From NCBI GenBank assembly GCA_963706575.1, contig CAVPNL010000003.1:288001-352000 (forward strand): a stretch of 64,000 nt of DNA. Direction: 5' to 3'. The translations under genes and the position numbers were made by a program. Each line of letters opens with the position of its first letter. Position 1 is the first letter of the stretch. Below are positions 34,095 through 44,068 of the stretch, piece by piece. The stretch is from an uncultured delta proteobacterium (GTDB lineage: Bacteria; Desulfobacterota; Desulfobacteria; Desulfobacterales; JAHEIW01). The notes beneath the pieces are model-generated. The model was not told where the DNA came from. It saw only the letters and a list, made by a program, of their open reading frames with translations, and did no database searches.

Positions 34095-35114
34095 CTACGT
34101 CGGGATGCCTTCAATTTTGCACTCGGATGTGCCGGCGGTAGACCTGGTAATCTTTTCTACATTGGCCCTGGCCTTTTCAGGATCATTAATCCAGAGGCGG
34201 TAAAATTCATAAGGACACACAGGTACGCCTTTTGCATCTTCATTTGACTTTATTTTTCCCGTATAGCCCCGGTGCAACAGTTTAAAAAGGTGATTCTGGG
34301 ACTGCCAATTCTTACGAGCATCCCTTATAGCGCTGACTGACAGTTCGGCATATTGATTTTCCATAGGTGATTCTCCGCATTCACCCAGCACCCTGCCGTC
34401 GAAGCCAACGAGGTTAGAATGTCCGAAGTAGTAGTATACGCCGTCCCATCCGGCACAATTTGCCACTGCCACATAAGAGGTATTCGCCCATGCCATAGCA
34501 GCTGCCATCATTACCTGCTGTTGTTTCGGGGGATACATGTAACCCTGGCAACGCACGATCAATTCCGCGCCTCTCATGGCACAGTCACGCCAGATTTCCG
34601 GGTAATTGCCGTCGTCACAGATAATCAGACTGACTTTCAAGCCTTTGGGCCCCTCAGTAACATAGGTGCTGTCCCCAGGATACCACCCCTCTATGGGGCA
34701 CCATGGCATGATCTTTCTGTACTTTTGAACGATATTGCCCTTGTTGTCGATTAGTAACAGAGTGTTATATGGGACTTTTTTTGGATGTTCTTCGTGTTTT
34801 TCGCCTGTTAGCGAAAAGACTCCCCAGAGGCCGGTTTTTTTACATGCTTCAGCAAAGATATCCGTTTCATCACCGGGGATGACTGCAGACAAGTCCATAC
34901 ATTCATCAGGATCATAAAGAATCCCTTCGGTGCTATATTCTGGGAAAATGATTAAATCTAAGCCGGGATGGCCTATTTGCACACCCTCCATATAATCAGC
35001 TATTTTGTGACAATTGTCTATAATCTCATCTTTTGTGTGGAAGCGGGGCATCCCATAATTTACCACCATGACACCCACGTTATCTTTGCTCGATGAAATA
35101 TCTCCGTGTCTCAT
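34095..35114 (-). CDS. amiE: Aliphatic amidase (nitrilase superfamily)
   Basis: MRHGDISSS start, [38 protein letters not shown] (E-K-C triad). Confidence 0.95.
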   Translation of the reverse strand: MRHGDISSSKDNVGVMVVNYGMPRFHTKDEIIDNCHKIADYMEGVQIGHPGLDLIIFPEYSTEGILYDPDECMDLSAVIPGDETDIFAEACKKTGLWGVFSLTGEKHEEHPKKVPYNTLLLIDNKGNIVQKYRKIMPWCPIEGWYPGDSTYVTEGPKGLKVSLIICDDGNYPEIWRDCAMRGAELIVRCQGYMYPPKQQQVMMAAAMAWANTSYVAVANCAGWDGVYYYFGHSNLVGFDGRVLGECGESPMENQYAELSVSAIRDARKNWQSQNHLFKLLHRGYTGKIKSNEDAKGVPVCPYEFYRLWINDPEKARANVEKITRSTAGTSECKIEGIPT

Positions 35115-35206
35115 TTTTTTCCTCCTCTCTTCTAATTTACAGAATTGTTGACTGTTGCCAGTTAGACATATTAAGAATCCTAAACTATTATGTGTCACCT
35201 CCCTCC

Positions 35207-35713
35207 TTATATATATTTCAGAGCCAAGGCCACGCCTTGATTAGAATGAGGTAGCCCGGCACACTGCTGGCAATACCGTTGATGACTGTCCAAATACCGG
35301 TGCTTTTCCAATATTCTTTCCGAGACCCAATAACAGAAAAACATGAACCACAAGCTGGCCCACATTAGCCAGAGAATACACAGGCCGATGTCGGGGAAAG
35401 CAGTGAAAGCAGTTGGAGTGGCTATAATAGCCACCAGCAGGCAGTACCAACCCAGTCCCCTACCTTCAAGATTCCAGATGACATTTATGGCTACCCACAA
35501 ATAGGTGAAAGCAAACAATAAGGATTGCATGCCATAAAAATAAGACGTGATTTCTTCCCCTTGAAGAGCCACTGTACGCATTACACCCGCAAAAATTAAA
35601 AGACCTGTGAAAGCATTCATAGGAATCACGTGCTTATCATCTAAAACACCTAAAAGCCATATACCGTTCATAAAAAGAACAAAACCCACATAAACCAATG
35701 CACAACCCACCAT
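35207..35713 (-). CDS. amiS: AmiS/UreI family amide channel (copy 1; C-terminal frameshift)
   Basis: [27 protein letters not shown]; alternate frame continues [11 protein letters not shown] as in copy 2. Confidence 0.88.
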   Translation of the reverse strand: MVGCALVYVGFVLFMNGIWLLGVLDDKHVIPMNAFTGLLIFAGVMRTVALQGEEITSYFYGMQSLLFAFTYLWVAINVIWNLEGRGLGWYCLLVAIIATPTAFTAFPDIGLCILWLMWASLWFMFFCYWVSERILEKHRYLDSHQRYCQQCAGLPHSNQGVALALKYI

Positions 35714-35962
35714 TCCCCTTAGCCTACCTCCTTTCTTTACAACGTTATAAATGAGTCATGATCGGTCCTTTCCCTGGGTCTTTCACCACAACGAAATTGC
35801 CATTTCTGGTTCTGCAATTAATATTAACGACTATTCCGGCGTGATGAACTCAACGGTAAAAACCAATCTGTTGCAGCTGATGATCGCCTTATGCGTGTGC
35901 GTGGAATTTTAGGACCTTACAGAAACGGAAACAAAAAAAGGAATCAGGATTTCAACATTATA

Positions 35963-35979
35963 AGCAATCTTTATACCAA
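35963..35979 (-). promoter_or_regulatory. sigma54 promoter of amiS-amiE
   Basis: TTGGTATAAAGATTGCT. Confidence 0.7.
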
Positions 35980-36078
35980 ATCGAGAAAAGCGCCTCCGTT
36001 TTATATCTATCTATCTGATATATTGATATATTTCTGTTAGGGTAAAAAGACTTACCAGATAAACAAGAGCTGTGAAAA

Positions 36079-36116
36079 TGTTCTATTTTGGAACAAATTT
36101 AAAATAAAATAGAACA
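36079..36116. promoter_or_regulatory. Candidate upstream activator sequence
   Basis: TGTTCTATTTTGGAACA (TGT-N11-ACA) plus inverted AAAATAGAACA, about 100-140 bp upstream of the sigma54 site. Confidence 0.55.
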
Positions 36117-36401
36117 CTTATGTACCGAATTGATTTAAATGAGAAATATTTTATAATTACAAGTTGTTATTTACGATCAATATAAAAAAAACTTGTAAAC
36201 GTAAATCTATTCCTATATGGTGAAAAAAGTTAGGGGTAAAATTCAAACTCGCTTGTTTCTGTCCACTTGATGTTCCTATTCATGTTCCTTCGGTAATTTT
36301 TCCACCTCGTCTCACACATTGATTTCGCAAAGGGCAAAAAAATCCGCATTGGAATTAAAACCCTAAATCAGATAAAAAAATTCTTGGGCGGAAAATTTAC
36401 A

Positions 36402-38546
36402 ATGAAGAAGATAGGTTTGCTTTTTTCTTTAAGCGGTACGATTTCCATCGTTGGAGAGGGTCAGCTACAAGCTGCTTTGCTTGCAATTGAGGAAGTAAAT
36501 AAAAAAAGTAATCTGAAATTTGAATCGGTGATTCGAGATGATAAATCAGACCCACGCATAGCTGCCCAGGAAGCATACAGTCTTTTTACGGATGTTAAAA
36601 TCGATACACTGGTAGGCTGTTACATGTCCTCTCTACGCAATTCGATCAAACCAGTTTTAAATGAAACTGGAGGATTATTGATCTATCCAACTCTTTATGA
36701 AGGAGAACAATTTCATCCTAACATCTTCTATCTTGGAGCTGTACCCAATCAACAAGTCGAACCACTGCTTTCATGGGCAACAAACAATGTATCCGATAAT
36801 TTTATTTTGGTTGGATCTGATTATGTGTATCCCCGCTCCACAAATAGACAAGTAAGACAATGGGTCGAAAACGCTGGTGGCAATGTGTACCTTGAGACCT
36901 ATTTCCCATTAGGCTGCACCAAATTCGATGATTTCTTTAAAAAACTGAGTAATCTGTGTAAAAGAGTCTCTTCATTCGTCGTTTTTTCTACTATAGTCGG
37001 GAATAGTGTTGTTTCTTTTTATAAAGAATACAAGAGAAAAAAAATACCTTTTCCTATTATCAGTCCCATTACCTCTGAAAGAGAAATACAAAGCATTGGA
37101 AAAGAGGCATCGTGTGGCCACATTTGTACCTCGGCGTATTTTCAAACAATTGAAACTGAAATGAACCAAAGATTTATAAGTGCGTTCAAACGGCGCTTCG
37201 GTGATCAACCTATTAGCCGCGAAATGGCGGCAACCTACGATGCGATCCGTTTGCTAGCCGCGGCATATAACCGAATATCAAGTGTTCCTTGGGGAAAAAA
37301 TGAAACCGAAAAAGTCCGTATGTCTTTAAAGGATTTATCATTTCAAGGCATTCAAGGCAAAGTGCTTATAGATTCTAAGTCCCAGCACCTGTGGCAATGG
37401 TCGCGTATTGGGAGGATCAATCCTGAAGGTAAAATTGAAGCCTTTTGGGAGTCGCCAGGCCTTATTCCTCCCAAGGTAGATACGAGCAAAATAGGATTAA
37501 CAATTAGCGATAATTGGGATTTAAATCGAGATTGTAATTTTCGTTCATTAGTTGGCACCAATAAAAAGCTTTTAGAATGCATTCAACTGGCCAAAGTTGC
37601 CGCTATGACTTCGTGCAATGTTTTGATAACGGGTGACACTGGAACAGGTAAAGAACTGCTTGCAAGAGCGATACACGCAGCAGGTTCCCGACATAATTTC
37701 CCTTTTGTTCCCATAAATTGTGCAAACATTCCACGAGATTTAATTGAAAGTGAGCTTTTTGGATATGAAGAAGGTGCCTTTACCGGGGCAAAGAAAGGCG
37801 GCAAAGTGGGCAAATTTGAAATGGCCAACGGTGGAACGATTTTTCTAGATGAAATTGGCGAAATGCCAAACGATATGCAGGCTCATCTATTAAGAGTTAT
37901 TGAGGATATGGAAATATACAGAGTAGGGGGAACCGAAGCCGTTCGCTTGAAGGCTCGGTTGATCGCATCGACCAATAAAGATTTATCACGAGAAATCACT
38001 CAGACGGAATCTTTTCGAAAAGATCTTTTCTATCGATTGAGTGTTTTCCACATTGAGCTTCCTGACCTATGTGATCGAATAGATGACCTCTCTCAGCTTG
38101 CCGATCATTTCCTCCAGCGTTTATGCCGCAAGAACGCCATAGAAAAGAAATTGGCACCAGAGACCTTGAAGGCCCTGGAAAACCATTCATGGCCAGGAAA
38201 TGTTCGCGAATTGAGTAATGTTATTGAAAGATCTTATTATTTAGCCTTGGACTCAAAGTTCATCTGTCCCGATCACTTGCCTGACTATATTATTCATCCT
38301 CAACCTGCGAGGGATCATATAAATAAAACTGATGAGTTAAGTTCTCAAAATGCCATGTCACTCTATAGGTTACCTAAAAATCTTACATCTATAAAAAAAA
38401 CAGAAGAGTATCTTATCAAGCAAATTCTTGAACACTGCGGCTTTAACATCAGGAGAGCCTCCTTGTTACTTGGCATTTCGAGAAGCACGTTGTACCGAAA
38501 AATCAAAAAGTATAAAATTAATACAAAACAGGAATTTTTTATTTAA
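36402..38546 (+). CDS. AmiC-like amide sensor fused to a sigma54-dependent activator (AAA+, Fis HTH)
   Basis: GCYMS, YPTLYEG, GSDYVYPR (AmiC); GDTGTGKE, GAFTGA, FLDEIGEM, WPGNVREL, LGISRSTLYRK. Confidence 0.9.
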   Translation: MKKIGLLFSLSGTISIVGEGQLQAALLAIEEVNKKSNLKFESVIRDDKSDPRIAAQEAYSLFTDVKIDTLVGCYMSSLRNSIKPVLNETGGLLIYPTLYEGEQFHPNIFYLGAVPNQQVEPLLSWATNNVSDNFILVGSDYVYPRSTNRQVRQWVENAGGNVYLETYFPLGCTKFDDFFKKLSNLCKRVSSFVVFSTIVGNSVVSFYKEYKRKKIPFPIISPITSEREIQSIGKEASCGHICTSAYFQTIETEMNQRFISAFKRRFGDQPISREMAATYDAIRLLAAAYNRISSVPWGKNETEKVRMSLKDLSFQGIQGKVLIDSKSQHLWQWSRIGRINPEGKIEAFWESPGLIPPKVDTSKIGLTISDNWDLNRDCNFRSLVGTNKKLLECIQLAKVAAMTSCNVLITGDTGTGKELLARAIHAAGSRHNFPFVPINCANIPRDLIESELFGYEEGAFTGAKKGGKVGKFEMANGGTIFLDEIGEMPNDMQAHLLRVIEDMEIYRVGGTEAVRLKARLIASTNKDLSREITQTESFRKDLFYRLSVFHIELPDLCDRIDDLSQLADHFLQRLCRKNAIEKKLAPETLKALENHSWPGNVRELSNVIERSYYLALDSKFICPDHLPDYIIHPQPARDHINKTDELSSQNAMSLYRLPKNLTSIKKTEEYLIKQILEHCGFNIRRASLLLGISRSTLYRKIKKYKINTKQEFFI

Positions 38547-38779
38547 CACGAATATTCTTCCAGAGGAAAGGGACAATGATCTGAGCTTGCTTTATTCGAG
38601 CGTGAGCATCGCAAAAATAGGATAGTATGTAAAGCCGGTTGGTTTAAGTTGTTGGACAAATCAAGCTTTAATTATAGCAAATAAGTCCTTCAAAAGGCAG
38701 AGTCAATTGAACTCTAACCTGGCCCACAGGGCCAAGGTTTCCATGTTTAACTTAAAGTTGCATATAAAATCATGACAAA

Positions 38780-39550
38780 TCAGGTCGTCGCTTGATTTTC
38801 CTTTTTTCTTCCATTAGGGCAAATATAAAGACACATGCCACAGACACCAAGTGCAGATGTCTTTTTCAACTTGCTAAGATATTTGTCACACTTGAGGGCA
38901 TCAAAGCGAATTTCTCTGGGATCCTCTTCCCTAAATGGCTCACCTGTAAAGGCCTTTACAGGGCAAATGTCAACGCATTCATGACAATCACCGCAGCGTT
39001 CCTCCATCGGTTTGTTGGCAACTTTTAGAGGTGCATCAGTAAGGATGGTGCCCCAACGTACCCTTGGGCCAACTTCCGGAGTTACCAGAAGGCAGCATTT
39101 TCCAATCCATCCCAAACCTGAGAGGCGCGCGGCCATTTTGTGGGAGAAGATGCCATAAAGCTCCTCGTTATATGTATTCTCCTGGGTTGAAGGTATTGGT
39201 AGCGTTCGGTGTCCCTTGCGTTGGAGAACCCCACTTAGCCGTGACGATGTGTGATCCAGGCGCTGATTAATAACGTCGTAGGCATGATGTTTGTAATTCA
39301 TGCTTACAGGGCTTGAAAATCGGTTTGGCTGTTGGTCCACTATGGCATGAGATAGGGCGATCCCCAATGAAATAGCCCGCGGAAACTGAGTAGCTGCTTC
39401 TTCCCAAAATTTTTCGATGGACTCCTGAGCAGGTGATAAATCTGCAATTCCAAAGAAATCTGTTCCCATTTCAACAGCCAGTTTATTTAGTTTAGCTTCG
39501 AGTTCCATTTCATTCGGTTTCGTTTTCAGTAAAGCTTTCGGGTAACACAA
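38780..39550 (-). CDS. QueG-like 4Fe-4S protein (true start probably 39511)
   Basis: SHKMAA..SGLGWIGK, GPRVR, CGDCHECVDICP, CGMC..ICP. Confidence 0.8.
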   Translation of the reverse strand: MCYPKALLKTKPNEMELEAKLNKLAVEMGTDFFGIADLSPAQESIEKFWEEAATQFPRAISLGIALSHAIVDQQPNRFSSPVSMNYKHHAYDVINQRLDHTSSRLSGVLQRKGHRTLPIPSTQENTYNEELYGIFSHKMAARLSGLGWIGKCCLLVTPEVGPRVRWGTILTDAPLKVANKPMEERCGDCHECVDICPVKAFTGEPFREEDPREIRFDALKCDKYLSKLKKTSALGVCGMCLYICPNGRKKENQATT

Positions 39551-40060
39551 CTCTATTTAGACTTATTCCAGTGTGAGGTCAACACAAACTGAGATTAGCA
39601 CGGCATTCGAAAAAGTCATAATATCATACCAATCAGACTCAAATTTCTAGGGTTCAAAAGGCTGGAATCACTTGCAATAACATGAAAGTTGTGTTTTGCA
39701 CCGATTCTTGCAATATTTTTTTGATATTCAAATCCAAAACTCAAAAGATTTCCAAAAAGCACACATAAAATATGTAGTGTTCTGCCATTTTCGGATTGAG
39801 TTACAGATTGCGCATGACAAATCCATAATTTTTTAGCAGCTCGTTTTGTTTGCCTTAGTTTTAAATCTGTGAGGGCTTAAATTTTGTTGGATGTGCTAAC
39901 GCAATATGAAATTTTGGGGTTTTGTAGATTAGGTTTAAATCAGAGGAAATTTTACTGAACTGAAACTTGGGATATCCCGCTAGAAAAACAAATATCAGGT
40001 TGCCGGTGAATATCAAAGCAGGGGGTTGCAAGGTATGATTATCGGGAAAAAGAGTCAACT

Positions 40061-40843
40061 TTAGGCACTGATCTTAGGGGCCTTGGGTCGCAGGAGCGCT
40101 TCAACCACATTGCGCACATATTGCTCGTCGGAAATTCCATCGATGGCTTCTTGCGGAAAGCTTACAATGCTTTTAAAATACCCACTGAGCTCATGGAAAA
40201 GCTCAACCCGGGCCCGGGGCTCCAGGTCATTGCGTCGCACGATTGACTCAACCGCAATCTGGGCTTCTAAAGGAGTGACATTTTGTCTGAGGCGGGCTTC
40301 TATATGAGGATATTCACGAAAGGAATTGTATTTGCTCTCTAAAAGTTGGTTCAAGTCCGGTTCGGCAATACGAGGACTCCAGACCACAACGGTATTGGCC
40401 GCAAAATCTCCCAAACGTTGAGATCGCCTGTTAAACAGACATGCCAGACCACCAACCAGATACAGCGCCGGCAAACTGTCGACAAATCTTAACAGATTCC
40501 GGATGACAATCTGGCTGAATTGAAGCCGCAACCCCTGTTCATCCATAACTCTGAGCCGCAAAAGCCGTTTGCCCAGTGTTTGTCCCTGCCAGTACCACTC
40601 TGTTAAAATGCCGTAGCCGATCGAAACAACAAAAAAACCAATAATATTGGCCGCCATTGCCAGATCACGGCTGAGAATACCCAGGAGTCCGAAAACCACA
40701 TTTAATATCGTAATAAGGGCAAAAATCGTCCCCAGATCGATTGCCCAGGCCAAAAAGCGCGTAATCGGCCCCGCCAGCAGCAGCGAAAATTCGATCCCCT
40801 CAGGGGTTTTAATGATGAGTGTATTTGTTTTGCTGGATAACAT
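40061..40843 (-). CDS. RDD family protein
   Basis: RFLAWAID, GQTLGKR, QRLGD. Confidence 0.9.
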   Translation of the reverse strand: MLSSKTNTLIIKTPEGIEFSLLLAGPITRFLAWAIDLGTIFALITILNVVFGLLGILSRDLAMAANIIGFFVVSIGYGILTEWYWQGQTLGKRLLRLRVMDEQGLRLQFSQIVIRNLLRFVDSLPALYLVGGLACLFNRRSQRLGDFAANTVVVWSPRIAEPDLNQLLESKYNSFREYPHIEARLRQNVTPLEAQIAVESIVRRNDLEPRARVELFHELSGYFKSIVSFPQEAIDGISDEQYVRNVVEALLRPKAPKISA

Positions 40844-40854
40844 AGTACGTAATT

Positions 40855-41000
40855 AAATGAGCTAAAATTCAAAATGCCTAAAATGAGCTAAAATTATTGT
40901 CGAGTTCATTTTTCAACGTCTTTGCCAAATTTCTTATGATTCATAAATTTCTCTTTTAAATTTTAGGCATTTTAGATCACTTTAGATCATTTTAGGCATT
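40855..41000. repeat. Family-A copy A3 with a four-helix-bundle 5' remnant
   Basis: Arms 40855-95/40959-41000; loop reads MNHKKFGKDVEK*TRQ* on the minus strand. Confidence 0.9.
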
Positions 41001-41996
41001 TATTCTTTCTGACTTTCTCCCGGCTATTCCCAGAAACAACGCCAGAATAATCAATTCAAAAACGCCGAATCCAATTTTGACTGCGTACGGCATGACCGGT
41101 TCATGATATTGTGAAAAAAAGGCTTCAATAATTCCAGCCCACACCAGCATCAGGGCCACACCGGATATGAGCGTCACCAGATCATTGGATATTTTGCGCA
41201 GCCGCATTCGCAAAGATATCGGTTTGCCCCATCCGATAAGCGCCCCGGCCAGTACAATGCCGGCCTGCCCGGCAAGCAAAATGGCCGGAATTTCAACAGC
41301 CCCGTGTGGCAGCAACCAGCCTAAGAGGAAGGACGTCTCCCCCGCCATCACATAATCGACGGCCACCGCCCCTAAAATGATGCCATTATAAAATAGCATG
41401 ACCAATGTGCCGATCCCCCAGGTCAGACCCAGCGCCAGCGTTAGAATGGCCACTTTGGTATTGTGCGTCATCAAAAATGAAGAAAAGGTAGTTTTGGCGC
41501 CTTTGAGACGATCGGCATTGACGTCTTCTTCCTTTTTTACCCGCTCAGACGGATCCCCCTGTAGATGAGAAAACGGAAGCAGTATCTGTTTTGTATTCGA
41601 ATCCACGATAACCGTAAATCCGCCAAAGGTTGCGCCCACCCCGATCGCCAGCAGGCAGATCCAGAATGCGCGAATATGTTTGCGGAACGTCTGCGGAAAG
41701 GTAGTGAAAAACCAGTGCAACGGCCGGAGCCGGTGAGGCTTTTCGCGGGTTTCATGGATCTCCCCAAAGGCTCTGCCCACCAAGGCTTCAAGATAAAGTC
41801 GGGTGTTCGGCTCAGCAGAAAAAGTCGAAATTTTAGCCAGACCTGCCGAGGCCCGTTGATAAAGATAATGAAAGCGTTCAAGCTGCCCGAGCGTTAGCGT
41901 GACCTCCGGTTTTTTTTCAAGCCGGTCTAAAACCGCTTCCAACTCCGACCAGCAGGGTCGCTCCTCGGTGATGAATTTTGGTAGATCGATTATCAT
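40992..41996 (-). CDS. Stage II sporulation protein M family membrane protein
   Basis: HNTKV, FYNG, PHGAVEIPA, AGIIEAF. Confidence 0.88.
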   Translation of the reverse strand: MIIDLPKFITEERPCWSELEAVLDRLEKKPEVTLTLGQLERFHYLYQRASAGLAKISTFSAEPNTRLYLEALVGRAFGEIHETREKPHRLRPLHWFFTTFPQTFRKHIRAFWICLLAIGVGATFGGFTVIVDSNTKQILLPFSHLQGDPSERVKKEEDVNADRLKGAKTTFSSFLMTHNTKVAILTLALGLTWGIGTLVMLFYNGIILGAVAVDYVMAGETSFLLGWLLPHGAVEIPAILLAGQAGIVLAGALIGWGKPISLRMRLRKISNDLVTLISGVALMLVWAGIIEAFFSQYHEPVMPYAVKIGFGVFELIILALFLGIAGRKSERINA

Positions 41997-42005
41997 ATCG
42001 CTAAT

Positions 42006-42483
42006 AAATGAGCTAAAATTTAAAATGCCTAAAATGATCTAAAATTAAGGAAATATTTTATAGCGAGTATAAATGATTTACTTGCTTCCAATTGATGTAA
42101 AAAGAGCAAGTAGTTCGCTGCATTCATCATAATCGGCCTTTATTTCTTTCCATTTTAACCATTTTACTTCTGTAATTACTTCTAACCAGAATTGAGTTTC
42201 ACTTGACTCGCTTTCACATATTTTTATTTTATTTCTAAAATCCGCTTTGCTTCTTGCTCGATTGGCTTCGCGGTAATTAGCGCCAACTGAAGTTCCGGCT
42301 TTTGTAAGTTGATTTCTAACAACTCTTCCTTCTGGAGTATTGGGTAATTTGGCTGATATCTTAATTATTCTAACAGCAAATTGTCGGGTTCGTTTTTCAA
42401 GGTCTTTGGCAAATTTCTTACGACTCATGGGTTTTCTCTTAATTTTTAGGCATTTTAGCTCATTTTAGTTCATTTTAGGCATT
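42006..42483 (-). mobile_element. Family-A copy A4, full-length, carrying a four-helix-bundle gene
   Basis: Inverted tandem arms 42006-46 / 42441-83 flank the ORF. Confidence 0.8.
42078..42428 (-). CDS. Four-helix-bundle protein (23S rRNA intervening-sequence protein family)
   Basis: QLTKAGTSVGANYREA.RARS.ADF..K..I.E.E..ET.FWL. Confidence 0.92.
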   Translation of the reverse strand: MSRKKFAKDLEKRTRQFAVRIIKISAKLPNTPEGRVVRNQLTKAGTSVGANYREANRARSKADFRNKIKICESESSETQFWLEVITEVKWLKWKEIKADYDECSELLALFTSIGSK

Positions 42484-43864
42484 CTCTAATTATAAAACTT
42501 GTCTCCTCTTCAGACGAAAGATACTGTGAAACCATCTCCGAGCAGAGGTTTTCGGAATTCAACATGGCAAAACCCACACCGCGTCTTTGCAAAACTTTTT
42601 GGGTTTCCTGTATCCGCCGCCATACCATGTGCCCGCCCAGATCGTTGTAAATATCATTAACCGAAGAAACGGATTCAGAGGCAAAAAGCGGTTTCACGAC
42701 CGTGGGCTTGATCATGTTGACCAGCACCACATGGTTTCTTGAAATTAGATCGATGTGCCGTGTAAAACTATCCGCCAGAACCGGATCATCTAAATGGGTC
42801 AAGAAAACCAGCAAGGCCCGTCGACGGATCTTGGTACCGATAAATGTGAACAATTCAGCAAAATCTGGAGAAACCCGGTGCGGTTGCAAGGTGTAAAGCG
42901 CATCCCGGCAAACATCGAAATGCGCTTTGCCCATTTTGGCTTTTAAAAATGCACGTATCTTGTCGTCAAAGGTCAGCAAACCAAACAAATCCCCCTGCCT
43001 TTCCGCGGCCAGCGCCATGATCAGGGCAGCCGTAATAAATCGCTGCAGCACCGTGGTGAATTCGTCAGCATGCTTTTGTTCTTCCTCCCCATGGCTCGAC
43101 AGAGAGTTGCCCTCAGAAGATCTGGCGCTTAATCGCGAGGCATCGATGATGACATAGATTTGCTGGGTCCTCTCGATCTGATAAACTTTTGTAATCGGCA
43201 AGCCTCGCTTGGCGGTCGTCTTCCAGTGAATATCTTCAAAACTGTCACCGGGAAGGTATTCGCGGAGCTGCTCAAAATCCCGCCCTTTACCGATTTGCCG
43301 CTGGGCGTGAATCCCCAGTCCCCTGTTTAAAAAAAGCGCACTTAGATTTTTGCGCTCCTCAAAAAGATTGGGATAAACCCGAATCTCCATGTTAATCCGA
43401 AGCGCCGTGCGGACAGACCAGAATCCCCATAATGATGCGGTCTCCAGATAGCACCAATCAATCGGGTAACGTCCCTGTTTCAGGCCCTTGAGCAACCAGA
43501 CGATAGATGACAACGGATTATCTTCCGGCAGCTCGACGCTGAGCTCCACTGCCGGTGAATAAATTTCTTGCGGGAATGCCAAACCCAATCGAATGCGTTT
43601 GACCGCCCGTTTCTCGTTTTCAATCTGCAGATCAAAATGGCCCTGCCTGCCCTTTGAAATCCGAACAACCTCCGGCAGCATGACGCGTATACCCGCCAGC
43701 CGTCCCCGTGAACGATGAGCATCCATGATCACAACAGCCAGGATAGCCGCCGCCACAACGATGGTGGGCACAACCACAGCGTCAACCACCACCAGCAGCA
43801 GCGTAGCTGGCAGAAGGATCAGCCCTGCAAAAAAAAGAAGGCGGTATGTCGGCACCAATTTCAC
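42470..43864 (-). CDS. DUF58 domain protein (vWA-like)
   Basis: FEQLREYLPGD..IHWK.TA; terminal codons probably frameshifted (true end ~YLSLKRRQVL). Confidence 0.9.
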   Translation of the reverse strand: MKLVPTYRLLFFAGLILLPATLLLVVVDAVVVPTIVVAAAILAVVIMDAHRSRGRLAGIRVMLPEVVRISKGRQGHFDLQIENEKRAVKRIRLGLAFPQEIYSPAVELSVELPEDNPLSSIVWLLKGLKQGRYPIDWCYLETASLWGFWSVRTALRINMEIRVYPNLFEERKNLSALFLNRGLGIHAQRQIGKGRDFEQLREYLPGDSFEDIHWKTTAKRGLPITKVYQIERTQQIYVIIDASRLSARSSEGNSLSSHGEEEQKHADEFTTVLQRFITAALIMALAAERQGDLFGLLTFDDKIRAFLKAKMGKAHFDVCRDALYTLQPHRVSPDFAELFTFIGTKIRRRALLVFLTHLDDPVLADSFTRHIDLISRNHVVLVNMIKPTVVKPLFASESVSSVNDIYNDLGGHMVWRRIQETQKVLQRRGVGFAMLNSENLCSEMVSQYLSSEEETSFIIRECLK

Positions 43865-43936
43865 TATTCGGTCACCTGACCTGTTTCAGTTTAACAGCTT
43901 TAATTCAGTGCAATAATCCAAGTCTTCGTAGGCAAC

Positions 43937-44046
43937 AAATGCCTAAAGTGAACTAAAATGAGCTAAAATGCCTAAAATTAAATAACGACTGAAATCCTTC
44001 CAAAATTTTAGGCACTTTAGGCATTTTAGTCATTTTAGGCACTTTT
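43937..44046. repeat. Family-A copy A5 (minimal loop)
   Basis: Arms 43937-79 / 44003-46. Confidence 0.9.
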
Positions 44047-44068
44047 TGAATATTGTAAAAAACTATCA

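Noticed and set aside
42078..42428. Four-helix-bundle gene as part of a DGR or rRNA operon
   Set aside because: No reverse transcriptase, TR/VR pair or rRNA sequence in the window.
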